Origin: an uncultured bacterium
GTDB lineage: Bacteria; Krumholzibacteriota; Krumholzibacteriia; Krumholzibacteriales; Krumholzibacteriaceae
DNA length: 64,000 nucleotides
Assembly: GCA_964457905.1 (NCBI GenBank)
Contig: CAYWGA010000003.1
Coordinates: 684-64,683 of the forward strand
Direction: 5' to 3'
Shown piece by piece: positions 18,644 through 27,235 of this stretch. Each line of letters opens with the position of its first letter. Positions within the stretch are counted from its first letter, which is position 1. A program made the translations under genes and the position numbers. The notes under the pieces are model-generated. The model did not search any database. It was given only the letters and a program-made list of their open reading frames with translations, and was not told where the DNA came from.

Positions 18644-19365
18644 TAACTCTCCAGGGTGAAAACTCCACCTTCAAGACGCGCGTAGGAGAAGTGTGTCTCC
18701 CAGTCGCCGAGGATTATGAAGGTCCTCCCGTCGATGTCCTCGATCCGTGGCAGGTGGACATGACCCATCACGAAGGCGTCGTTCCCGTCATTGAAGAAAT
18801 GTTCCCCGGCCATTCCTGCAAGCCTATCGGCATATCTGCCGGTCCAGCTGTGAGTGATTCCCTTGCTTGTCCTGGAGAAGGCGCCGGCAAAAGCGTAAAG
18901 CAGATCGGGATGGAAGAGTTTCGCGAAACATATTACCGGCCTGCTCCGTATAACGGCTTTAAGCGCCTTGTATCCGTAGTCGCAGGGAAGAAGATTGTCG
19001 CCGTGAGTGATCATCACTTGCCGGCCCTGGATCTCGTGGACGATCGATGCGGGGAGGATCCTGACGCCGAGCGTATCGGGCAGATAGGAGCCGAACCAGT
19101 GGTCATGGTTGCCGCCGGTGATGAAGACCTCCGTGCCGCTTTCAGCGAGCCTGCCGATCGCATCGAGTATGTCGCCGTAATACTTCGGGATCACGCTGCG
19201 GTACTCGAACCAGAAGTCGAATATGTCGCCGACGAGATAGAGACGCGAAGCGCCTTCAATAGAAGCGAGGAAATCACGGAAGAGGGCCCGCTTCTTCTTT
19301 TCATGCGGATCCTGACTTGAATACTTGAAATGTGCGTCTGACAGAAAGTATACTGTATCGCTCAA
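18607..19365 (-). CDS. lpxH: UDP-2,3-diacylglucosamine hydrolase-like metallophosphoesterase (LpxH family)
   Basis: LSDAHF ... GDIFDFW ... GNHD metallophosphoesterase motifs at LpxH-like size (252 aa). Convergent with the PorV-like gene; their 3' ends overlap by 37 nt. Confidence 0.65.
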   Translation of the reverse strand: MSDTVYFLSDAHFKYSSQDPHEKKKRALFRDFLASIEGASRLYLVGDIFDFWFEYRSVIPKYYGDILDAIGRLAESGTEVFITGGNHDHWFGSYLPDTLGVRILPASIVHEIQGRQVMITHGDNLLPCDYGYKALKAVIRSRPVICFAKLFHPDLLYAFAGAFSRTSKGITHSWTGRYADRLAGMAGEHFFNDGNDAFVMGHVHLPRIEDIDGRTFIILGDWETHFSYARLEGGVFTLESYQSEGDTVRENL

Positions 19366-19471
19366 GTGTTGCTCTCCCCGTGTATCAACCGGTTTCGAGG
19401 ATATATGTCAGAGTAGCCGTTAAAATTCAAGATTTTTTACCCCCGGCGCTGCCGGTGAAGGAGGCCCGACA

Positions 19472-19801
19472 ATGGATGATCTATGGAGCAAGGTTAAGAT
19501 GAACCTCGTGGAGTGGTACGAGACAGCGTATGACAAGACTGATGAACTGGCCCGAATCGGCAAGAAAAAGGTAGAGATAACAGGCCTGAACAGGTCGATA
19601 GAGAAACACTTCTCCGAGATGGGCGGAAGGGTGTATGACCTTGTCGTGGAGCAGGGGCACCGCGGCAACAAGACCGCCGATGACGTCGTGGTCCATCAGC
19701 ATGTAGCCGAGGTCAGGGAACTGGAGAAGAGGCTAAAGGAGAAGGAAGAGGAGATCGAGTCGATAAAGGAAGACAAGAAGCAGGGCAAAAAAGCGGAATA
19801 A
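19472..19801 (+). CDS. small charged coiled-coil protein, hypothetical
   Basis: GAAGGAGG RBS. C-terminal KEKEEEIESIKEDKK coiled coil. Confidence 0.4.
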   Translation: MDDLWSKVKMNLVEWYETAYDKTDELARIGKKKVEITGLNRSIEKHFSEMGGRVYDLVVEQGHRGNKTADDVVVHQHVAEVRELEKRLKEKEEEIESIKEDKKQGKKAE

Positions 19802-20129
19802 ACGCACTGAATAGCGTTTTTGGACGGAATAGCGTAACTTATCAAATATAGGGGTATTATACTATTGACAGACTTACAGGTTTCGTGTAAACTGTCTTAC
19901 GTATTGGTTTCAGGTGCCTTAGTGAGCCTGGTCGGGCCGCCGGGCACCAACAACTTGTACAGCCCCACCAAAAAAAATTGAACAATTCGTCAACTAGTGT
20001 GTATACAGAAATAGGAGCAATTAAGAAGAACTCTTAATTAGCTCGGGCGAAAGGGAAAAGGGGCAAGGGAAACTGTAGAGAAGATGGCTGGAAAACGAGG
20101 AATCTTAGGCAGCCACCTTTACATAACCG

Positions 20130-20149
20130 CTAAATGTGAGTACATTTAG
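20130..20149. promoter_or_regulatory. perfect 8-4-8 palindrome CTAAATGT-GAGT-ACATTTAG immediately upstream of the sigma-factor gene (candidate operator)
   Basis: The two arms are exact reverse complements. It sits about 10 nt before the RBS/start of the sigma-70-family gene, inside a 356-nt AT-rich leader that carries several TTGACA-like -35 boxes. Confidence 0.3.
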
Positions 20150-20157
20150 ACAGGGGA

Positions 20158-21030
20158 GTGAATAGGATGTACCCGGAAGGAAGAGATAGCGAGTACCTGG
20201 GCGAGAAGAGTCTCGATCTCTACCTGAAAGAAATCAACAACACTTCTTTGCTCACCAGAGCAGAGGAAAGGGATCTTGCTGAAAGAATCAGGGCTGGAGA
20301 AGAGGGAGCGCTTCACGCGCTGGTAAAGGCGAACCTCAGGTTCGTAGTATCCATAGCGAAGCAGTATGTCAACCAGGGTCTGTCCCTGGCCGATCTCATC
20401 AACGAGGGCAACATGGGCCTGATAAAGGCTGCCCACAGGTTCGATGAGAAGCGTGGATTCAAGTTCATATCCTATGCGGTATGGTGGATCAGACAGGCGA
20501 TGCTTCAGGCTCTGGCCGAGCAGTCCCGTATAGTAAGGCTTCCGCTGAACCGTGCCGGTACCCTGTACAGGATCGGCAAGGTATCCAGGCAGCTCGATCA
20601 GGAGCTCGGAAGGACACCAGAGGTAGAGGAGATCGCGGAGAGGCTCAAGCTGTCCAAGGAAGAGGTCAGGGATACCATGCAGATAGCGAACAGCCATCTG
20701 TCCCTGGACGCCTCCTTCAATAACGACCAGGAAGAGAACTCTCTAGTCGACTACCTGGCTGATGATACCCAGGCGCCGCCTGACGAGATGACGTATTCCA
20801 ATGCTCTGAGTGACGATATGCAGAAAGCACTCAGCACCCTGACCGAAAGGGAACAGACCATTCTCGGCCTGTATTTCGGGCTTGAGGGCGAAGAGCCGCT
20901 CACACTCGAGGAAATAGGGCAGAAAATGAGCCTGACGAGGGAAAGGATCCGCCAGATCAAGGAAAAGGCGATCCTGAGGCTGAGGCACAGCACCAGGAGC
21001 AAATATCTCGAGGGATACGTAGAAGGCTAG
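20158..21030 (+). CDS. RNA polymerase sigma factor, sigma-70 family (RpoD/RpoS-like, 290 aa)
   Basis: Regions 2-4 conserved (LVKANLRFVVSIAKQY, GLSLADLINEGNMGLIKAAHRFD, ISYAVWWIRQAM). A C-terminal HTH is present. Confidence 0.8.
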   Translation: MNRMYPEGRDSEYLGEKSLDLYLKEINNTSLLTRAEERDLAERIRAGEEGALHALVKANLRFVVSIAKQYVNQGLSLADLINEGNMGLIKAAHRFDEKRGFKFISYAVWWIRQAMLQALAEQSRIVRLPLNRAGTLYRIGKVSRQLDQELGRTPEVEEIAERLKLSKEEVRDTMQIANSHLSLDASFNNDQEENSLVDYLADDTQAPPDEMTYSNALSDDMQKALSTLTEREQTILGLYFGLEGEEPLTLEEIGQKMSLTRERIRQIKEKAILRLRHSTRSKYLEGYVEG

Positions 21031-21059
21031 GCGTATCAACAAGATAGATGAGACCCCGA

Positions 21060-21099
21060 GGCGGGGAGGAGTTGTTGAGACTCCTTCCCGCCCTTTTTA
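21060..21099 (+). terminator. rho-independent terminator after the sigma-factor gene
   Basis: 13-bp stem GGCGGGGAGGAGT/ACTCCTTCCCGCC with one mismatch, followed by CTTTTT. Confidence 0.6.
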
Positions 21100-21218
21100 T
21101 ATCTGCCTGATGGTACGTGATTTGCAGAAAAACGGGTGGTAAATACTCCTTGACAGGGAGTGGACTCAAACGTAGTTTCTGGTATCAACGGGAATCATTT
21201 AACGCTTTGACCGGAAAA

Positions 21219-22136
21219 ATGGACAAATATTTTACTTTCATGTACGTCCGCGAGGACAACGCGGGCGTGCGGACGATCCGTATACGCAGGGTCGCCGCCT
21301 TCGCGGCAGGCCTCTGTCTCATCGCGCTCCTGGCGTCGACCGTCATAGTAGGCGTTCGTTATGCCGGGATCAGGGTCGATTCGGACCGGATGGCCGGTCT
21401 GGATCGTGAGAACGAGCAGCTGCGCTTACGGCTCTCCTCCTTCGAGACCGAACTGGACGGCCTGAAGGGGAAGATGGACAGTAATTATGATCTCCAGAAC
21501 CGGGCGAGGCTGATGGCCAGCCTCGATCCCCTGTCGGAGGACGTATGGCAGGTCGGAGTCGGTGGTCCCGAACCTCAGCTTCTCGAGCGCGAGCTCGGCG
21601 CGGCGGATCTTGTATTTACCGGGCTGGAGAGCGACCTCGATATGCTTGTCAGGCAGACCGAACTCCAGAAACAGAGCTTCGACGAGATCATCGGCATCCT
21701 CGAGGAAGAGGCGTCGATGCGAGACTGTACTCCCTCGATAAGGCCGCTCAAGGGTGGATTCCTCTCGAGCAGATTCGGCCGGAGGATGGATCCTTTCACA
21801 GGCAGGATCACCCGTCACAGGGGCGTCGACTATTTCGCGAGGACAGGGACACCTGTAATGGCCTCCGCGAACGGTGTCATAACGATGGCGAAAAAGAACG
21901 GCAGCATGGGACTCACCGTAGAGGTGAACCATGGAAACGGATTCAAGACCCGCTACGCTCATCTGGCCAAGCTGCACGTCAGGCGAGGCAAGCGGATCAA
22001 GCGCGGAGAGATCCTTGGAGTCGTTGGAAATACCGGAAGATCGACAGGGCCCCATCTTCATTACGAAGTGATCTTCAGGAAACAGCACAGGGATCCCCTG
22101 AACTATATCATTCCAGAGGGCGTCTTCTTCGACTGA
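21219..22136 (+). CDS. M23 family metallopeptidase with N-terminal TM and coiled coil (EnvC/NlpD-like, catalytic residues intact)
   Basis: HxxxD (HRGVD) and HxH (HLH) LytM motifs, a coiled coil and a TM anchor. The start is set downstream of the terminator, at the ATG preceding the TM segment. Confidence 0.75.
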   Translation: MDKYFTFMYVREDNAGVRTIRIRRVAAFAAGLCLIALLASTVIVGVRYAGIRVDSDRMAGLDRENEQLRLRLSSFETELDGLKGKMDSNYDLQNRARLMASLDPLSEDVWQVGVGGPEPQLLERELGAADLVFTGLESDLDMLVRQTELQKQSFDEIIGILEEEASMRDCTPSIRPLKGGFLSSRFGRRMDPFTGRITRHRGVDYFARTGTPVMASANGVITMAKKNGSMGLTVEVNHGNGFKTRYAHLAKLHVRRGKRIKRGEILGVVGNTGRSTGPHLHYEVIFRKQHRDPLNYIIPEGVFFD

Positions 22137-22233
22137 CCCGCTCCCCTGAAGTAAAATACTGTTGTGCCACGATCACTCGGCCGGACTGCGCACGTCCGGG
22201 TGCCGGTGTTTATCATGGCGGAGGAAAGATGAC

Positions 22234-23571
22234 ATGAAGCATTTTCTGCGTATCATAATATTCACGATAACGGCCTGGGCCGTTATTCCTGTTTCGGCAG
22301 CCAGCGGTGAGCCGGCCCCGCCGAGAAGAGAAGTCGTGAGTCTTCGTCACTGGACGGCACCCGATCATACGAGGATCGTCCTCGACATGAGCAGCGAATG
22401 TACCTACGAGGTCACAGAGCGCGACGGCCCCTACAGGATAGTGATCGACATCCCTAAAGGACGTCTGGCGGCAGGACTGCGCAAGTTCGATGTCGGCGAC
22501 GGGGTGATCGACAGGGTGAGGGTCAACCGGCTCTCGAACGGAGCCCAGGTCGTGCTCGACCTCCCCGCTGAATCCAATTACAAGCATTTCGCGCTGAAGC
22601 CCAACAATATTCATCCGCGTCACAGGATCGTCATCGATGTCAAGAAGCCGATAACGGTGACCGAGAAACGCAGGAAGACCGAGAAAGCGAGGAAGGTCGC
22701 CCAGAGCGGCGACTATGTCGTGATCATCGATCCGGGGCATGGCGGAAGCGCGCCGGGCGCTTCATCGAGATATGGTCCGTCCGAGAAATATTATACGCTG
22801 CCTCTCTCGAGAATGATTGCCGAGGAGATCGAGAAGCATGAGGGATTCAAGGCTGTGCTTACACGGAACGGCGATTATGATGTTGACTGGCACAGGAGGA
22901 TAGAGATAGCAAGGCAGCATGGCGGCCACTGCTTTGTGAGCGTACATATGAACGGTAACAAGAACCGCAGGATCAGGGGGTCGGAGGTCTATTTCCTCTC
23001 TCCCGAGGGTGCGACCGATATGCATGCTACAGCCGTGGCTGAACGTGAGAACATGCAGGTGACGATGGAGGACCGGGGGGAGCTGATCGAGGGTGACGCG
23101 GGACAGATCCTTTTCGAGATGATGCGGAACAAGGCCCTCAACCAGAGCTCCATACTGGCGGAACATCTTGCCGGTGAGTTCAAACAGGTAGGCTCGATAC
23201 CGTTCCATGACGTCAGGCAGGCTAACTTCATAGTCCTCCGGGGAACGACGATGCCGTCGGCCCTCGTCGAGGTTGCTTATCTCTCGAACAAGAGCGACGT
23301 AACACAGATAAAAAAGAAATCAGTGCAGCGTAAGGTTGCAAAGGCGGTGGCCTCCGGCGTAGTATCATACCTGCTGGAGAATCCGCCGGAGAATATGGAG
23401 AAGAGGCCGGCAAGGCTTGCGGTCCATACTGTCTCGAAGGGCGAGACGCTCTCCGGTATCGCGCACAGATACAGTTGCTCGGTAAAGGATATCAGGACGC
23501 TGAACAGTATCGGAAGCAAGTCGCTGATAAGGCCGGGACAGAAACTTACCGTCTACGCGAAGGCGGACTAG
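22234..23571 (+). CDS. N-acetylmuramoyl-L-alanine amidase (Amidase_3) with N-terminal AMIN domain and C-terminal LysM (AmiC-like)
   Basis: Signal peptide, then an AMIN-like beta domain. Amidase_3 core (VVIIDPGHGG ... H ... E). C-terminal LysM (HTVSKGETLSGIAHRY ... PGQKL). Confidence 0.75.
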   Translation: MKHFLRIIIFTITAWAVIPVSAASGEPAPPRREVVSLRHWTAPDHTRIVLDMSSECTYEVTERDGPYRIVIDIPKGRLAAGLRKFDVGDGVIDRVRVNRLSNGAQVVLDLPAESNYKHFALKPNNIHPRHRIVIDVKKPITVTEKRRKTEKARKVAQSGDYVVIIDPGHGGSAPGASSRYGPSEKYYTLPLSRMIAEEIEKHEGFKAVLTRNGDYDVDWHRRIEIARQHGGHCFVSVHMNGNKNRRIRGSEVYFLSPEGATDMHATAVAERENMQVTMEDRGELIEGDAGQILFEMMRNKALNQSSILAEHLAGEFKQVGSIPFHDVRQANFIVLRGTTMPSALVEVAYLSNKSDVTQIKKKSVQRKVAKAVASGVVSYLLENPPENMEKRPARLAVHTVSKGETLSGIAHRYSCSVKDIRTLNSIGSKSLIRPGQKLTVYAKAD

Positions 23572-23599
23572 AGGAAAACGCAACAGGGATGGAGGCTTC

Positions 23600-24583
23600 T
23601 TGAGCTTCGACAGGATCATCAAGGCTCTTACACGTAATCTCGGCGCGAAGATAGTCTCGCTTATCTTCGCTTTCTTCCTTTGGCTGCATGTCACCGCGCA
23701 GCAGGGAGAGAACCAGTCCTTCAGGGTGCCTCTCTCGCTGGCAGGTGCGGCGGACAGTCTGACGATAACCCATGATGTCCCCGAGTTCGTCGAGGTCACG
23801 ATCCGGGGTTCGAGAAGCAACCTGATGAAGCTCAGGCTCTTCGGCAGGCTCGAGGCCTCCGTCGATCTGTCCAAGGCGGTCAAGGGCCGCAACAATGTAT
23901 CTCTCTCGGCGGCGATGATAAACCTGCCTGAACAGATAGACCCCAGGGAAGTGACGATCGATAATCCGAAGACGCTTGTCCTTAACTTCGAGGAAGTAGT
24001 CACCAAATCGGTGCCTGTCAGGATTGCCTACAGGGGAGAGATACCTGACGACGTGATAATCGACGGCTCGCCGGTGATCATACCGGCGAGGGTAAAGATA
24101 ACCGGCGCCTCAAGTGTAGTGGGCGGGATAGAGGCTCTTTCCACACGCGAGATCGATATCAGGGGACGAAGGGGAGAATACACGGAGGAGATCGAACTCT
24201 TGCTGGGCGGAATGGACATACGGGTCGTGCCGGACAAGGTGCTGATCGAGATGTCGATCCACAAGAGGGCGATCCGCACACTGGCCAACATACCCCCGAC
24301 GATGCTCGGGGACGATGAGACCCTTTCTGTGGAATACTCCCCGCGCGTCGTCTCTCTTACTATAGAAGGGCCGGAAGAGATCATCAGGGAGATAACGACC
24401 GAGGATGTTTCGGTCATCCTCGATCTGACCGGCAGGGCGCCCGGTACGTATGTGATCGAGCCTGAAGTGATCGTACCCAACGGAATCGAGAGATATTTCC
24501 TCGACACTGATAACTTTGAGATAACGATTCTTCCAGCCGGGAGCGGCAGCGGAGAGGACAAGCAGGGCGGCAAAGATGGCTGA
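23600..24583 (+). CDS. YbbR-like domain protein (CdaR-type)
   Basis: N-terminal TM followed by repeated YbbR-like beta domains. TTG start with GGAGG upstream. Confidence 0.6.
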   Translation: MSFDRIIKALTRNLGAKIVSLIFAFFLWLHVTAQQGENQSFRVPLSLAGAADSLTITHDVPEFVEVTIRGSRSNLMKLRLFGRLEASVDLSKAVKGRNNVSLSAAMINLPEQIDPREVTIDNPKTLVLNFEEVVTKSVPVRIAYRGEIPDDVIIDGSPVIIPARVKITGASSVVGGIEALSTREIDIRGRRGEYTEEIELLLGGMDIRVVPDKVLIEMSIHKRAIRTLANIPPTMLGDDETLSVEYSPRVVSLTIEGPEEIIREITTEDVSVILDLTGRAPGTYVIEPEVIVPNGIERYFLDTDNFEITILPAGSGSGEDKQGGKDG

Positions 24584-25490
24584 TACTCCAGGAACCGGTG
24601 GAAACAGCATGCTCTCTTCCTATGTCGGAAGATGGTTGTCGCTGCTGATGCTCGTGCTTCTTGTAACGCTGGCCGCGGCAGCGCTTTTCCTCGAGCCTGA
24701 CTATCCCGCACATGTCCCGCTCCGTATAGGAGTCAGCGCTTTTGATTCGGTCTCGGCCGGTCCCGCTCTGCGTTCATTCGCGGCAAGCGTAAGGGAACAG
24801 GACGGCGGAGATATAACCTGGGTGTGGCTCGGGCAGGGGGGCGAACCGGCCGGATGCGACTTTTATATAATGACATCTCTCCAGAATCTCTCCTATAGCG
24901 AGGGAAACGGGGGCAAGTGCCTTCTTCTCGGGAGCAGCAGGGGTGACGGGTCCCTTTCAATGGGTGCGGTGATCGTTCGAAGCGACTCCGAGCCTGATTG
25001 GTCCCGCACCGCCTTTATCTCGACGGCTTCAACCTCGGGATTCATCTCGCCGCTTGCCGCGATCGCTGAGAGCGGCGTCGCGTTGCCGGCAGTGTCGTAC
25101 GAGACAGTATCAGACGGATGCCCTGTATGCGGGGAAGCCGTCGCGTACGGTGTGCTCCTCGGCAGCTACAGCGCCGGCGGGATCTCACTTGAAGAACTGA
25201 GAAGGATGGAAGGGAGCGGAGCGATCGAACCGGGAGCGCTCCGGGTCCTCTTTACCGGCCCTGAACTCCCGGAGATACTGCTCGTCTCAGATCCCTCGAC
25301 CGAGGAATGGAAGTCGAGCGGATTCGCCGGAAGGCTTCCCCGTATAACCGGCAGACTCTCCGATCCCCTCAAGAGGGAGATGACCCGTCTCGGTATGGCC
25401 GCGTTCCGGGAGCCTGAAGAAGGCGAACTCGACCTGCTCGGAGCCGTTCCCGGAGAAATCTGGGAAGCGGCCGGCTATCACTTCCCTTGA
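24576..25490 (+). CDS. membrane-anchored periplasmic protein, hypothetical (possibly substrate-binding-like). Alternative start at 24609.
   Basis: N-terminal TM/signal anchor (LSLLMLVLLVTLAAAALFL). The 24576 start overlaps the YbbR gene by 8 nt. Confidence 0.4.
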   Translation: MADTPGTGGNSMLSSYVGRWLSLLMLVLLVTLAAAALFLEPDYPAHVPLRIGVSAFDSVSAGPALRSFAASVREQDGGDITWVWLGQGGEPAGCDFYIMTSLQNLSYSEGNGGKCLLLGSSRGDGSLSMGAVIVRSDSEPDWSRTAFISTASTSGFISPLAAIAESGVALPAVSYETVSDGCPVCGEAVAYGVLLGSYSAGGISLEELRRMEGSGAIEPGALRVLFTGPELPEILLVSDPSTEEWKSSGFAGRLPRITGRLSDPLKREMTRLGMAAFREPEEGELDLLGAVPGEIWEAAGYHFP

Positions 25491-25568
25491 ACGGGAGCGG
25501 GTGAAACCGCTATATTCCCCGGGACGGACAATGAACTGGCGCCTGTTTCCTCCGGAGGACCGTGAGGT

Positions 25569-25973
25569 TTGAGCTGGAATATCAGAAGATGGCTTCCACT
25601 TATAGCGTGGATCGTAATGATCTTCGCGCTGTCGTCGATCCCCGGATTATCTTCGGACGATGTAAAGCTTCCCACAGGGTTCGACAAGCTGATCCACTTC
25701 ATCGAGTACGCTGTATTCGCGCTGCTCTACTACCGGGGCCTCAGCTATGGTGGGGTGAGGGTAAGATGGAGCATCGTGTTGATAGTGATAGCGTCGGGAA
25801 TCGCCGTTGCGGCCCTCGACGAGATGTACCAGAGTTATATACCGCGCCGCGACTCGAGCCTGTATGACCTCGTTATGGATTCGGCGGGGATAGTCACCGG
25901 AACGTTCGCGGCGGTGCTGAGACATATTGTACAGATAAGACGGGCCGCAGAGAGAAAGGCCAAAGAGGAATGA
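25569..25973 (+). CDS. VanZ family membrane protein
   Basis: Small 4-TM protein with the VanZ-like DKLIHF ... EY motif. TTG start. Overlaps hisS by 4 nt. Confidence 0.55.
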   Translation: MSWNIRRWLPLIAWIVMIFALSSIPGLSSDDVKLPTGFDKLIHFIEYAVFALLYYRGLSYGGVRVRWSIVLIVIASGIAVAALDEMYQSYIPRRDSSLYDLVMDSAGIVTGTFAAVLRHIVQIRRAAERKAKEE

Positions 25974-27235
25974 GATTCAAGAGACCGAGAGGAACACAGG
26001 ACTTTTTCGGAGACAGGATGCGCTCGTGGGCAAAAGTCGAGGAGAGGCTCGCCGGCCTCGCGGGAAGGTATGGATACAGTGAGATCCGTACACCGGTATT
26101 CGAGGTCTCCGAACTCTTCGTCCGTGCTGTCGGAGAGGCGACCGATATCGTCTCGAAAGAGATGTACGTGTTTGCCGACAAGAAGGGCCGCAGCCTGACC
26201 CTCAGGCCGGAGAATACCGCACCTGTCATGCGTGCCTTCATAGAGAACGGCCTGCACAGGTCCGGGGGCATTACAAAGTTCTGGTACCAGGGACCCATGT
26301 TCAGGTACGACAGGCCGCAGGCGGGGAGATACCGCCAGTTTCACCAGTTCGGAGCGGAAGCGATCGGCCATGCCGGTCCGGCTGTCGATGCCGAGATCAT
26401 CGATCTCAGTCTCGCCATATACAGGATGTTCGGATTCACCGGGCTCGAGGTAAGGCTCAATAGTGTCGGCTGTCCGGTCTGCAGGCCGGGATTCCGGGAG
26501 ATCCTGACCAGTGCGCTCGTATCTATGAAGGACGAACTGTGCGACACCTGCGGCGAGCGTGCCGCCCTGAACCCTATGCGGATATTCGACTGCAAGGAAT
26601 GCGGTGATATCAAGGAAAAGCTGCCGGTGATCACCGATCACCTCTGCGACGAATGCTCCGAACATTTCTCGGGCCTTCAGTCGATCCTTCGCGGAATGGA
26701 TGTGGATTTCATGCTCGATCCCCTTCTCGTGAGGGGACTCGATTATTATACGAAGACAGCGTACGAGGTCCTTCACCCGGGACTCGGAGGACAGAACGCC
26801 CTTTGCGGAGGCGGCCGGTACGACGGGCTCGCCGAGGAATGCGGCGGGGGGAAGATCCCGGCAGTCGGTTTCTCGGCAGGGATGGAGCGGCTCATGGAGA
26901 ACCTTCCCGAGGAGTTCGCAGGGAAGCTCGGGCTTGACCCGGTCGACGCGGTTTTTATACTTCCCGAAGAGTCGGCTTCCGCTGAGGTATTGAGGATAGC
27001 GGGAGAGCTGCGCTCCTCCGGGGTGAGCGTTTCCGTAGATCTGTCCGGACGTTCGATGAAGAAGCAGATGAAAGTGGCCTCGGAATCAGGCGCGGCCTTC
27101 GCCGTGATAATAGGCCCTGAAGAGATAGAGAAAAAGGAAGCCGCGGTCAAGATCCTGGCGAGCGGAGGGCAGGAGAGTGTTCCTTTCGCCGGGCTGACAG
27201 CGTGGATGATCCAGGAGAGGAAGAAAGTTGACTGA
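25970..27235 (+). CDS. hisS: histidine--tRNA ligase
   Basis: Class II aaRS motifs. The conserved HisRS N-terminus RGTQDFFGD and the RSLTLRPE motif are present. Confidence 0.9.
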   Translation: MRFKRPRGTQDFFGDRMRSWAKVEERLAGLAGRYGYSEIRTPVFEVSELFVRAVGEATDIVSKEMYVFADKKGRSLTLRPENTAPVMRAFIENGLHRSGGITKFWYQGPMFRYDRPQAGRYRQFHQFGAEAIGHAGPAVDAEIIDLSLAIYRMFGFTGLEVRLNSVGCPVCRPGFREILTSALVSMKDELCDTCGERAALNPMRIFDCKECGDIKEKLPVITDHLCDECSEHFSGLQSILRGMDVDFMLDPLLVRGLDYYTKTAYEVLHPGLGGQNALCGGGRYDGLAEECGGGKIPAVGFSAGMERLMENLPEEFAGKLGLDPVDAVFILPEESASAEVLRIAGELRSSGVSVSVDLSGRSMKKQMKVASESGAAFAVIIGPEEIEKKEAAVKILASGGQESVPFAGLTAWMIQERKKVD

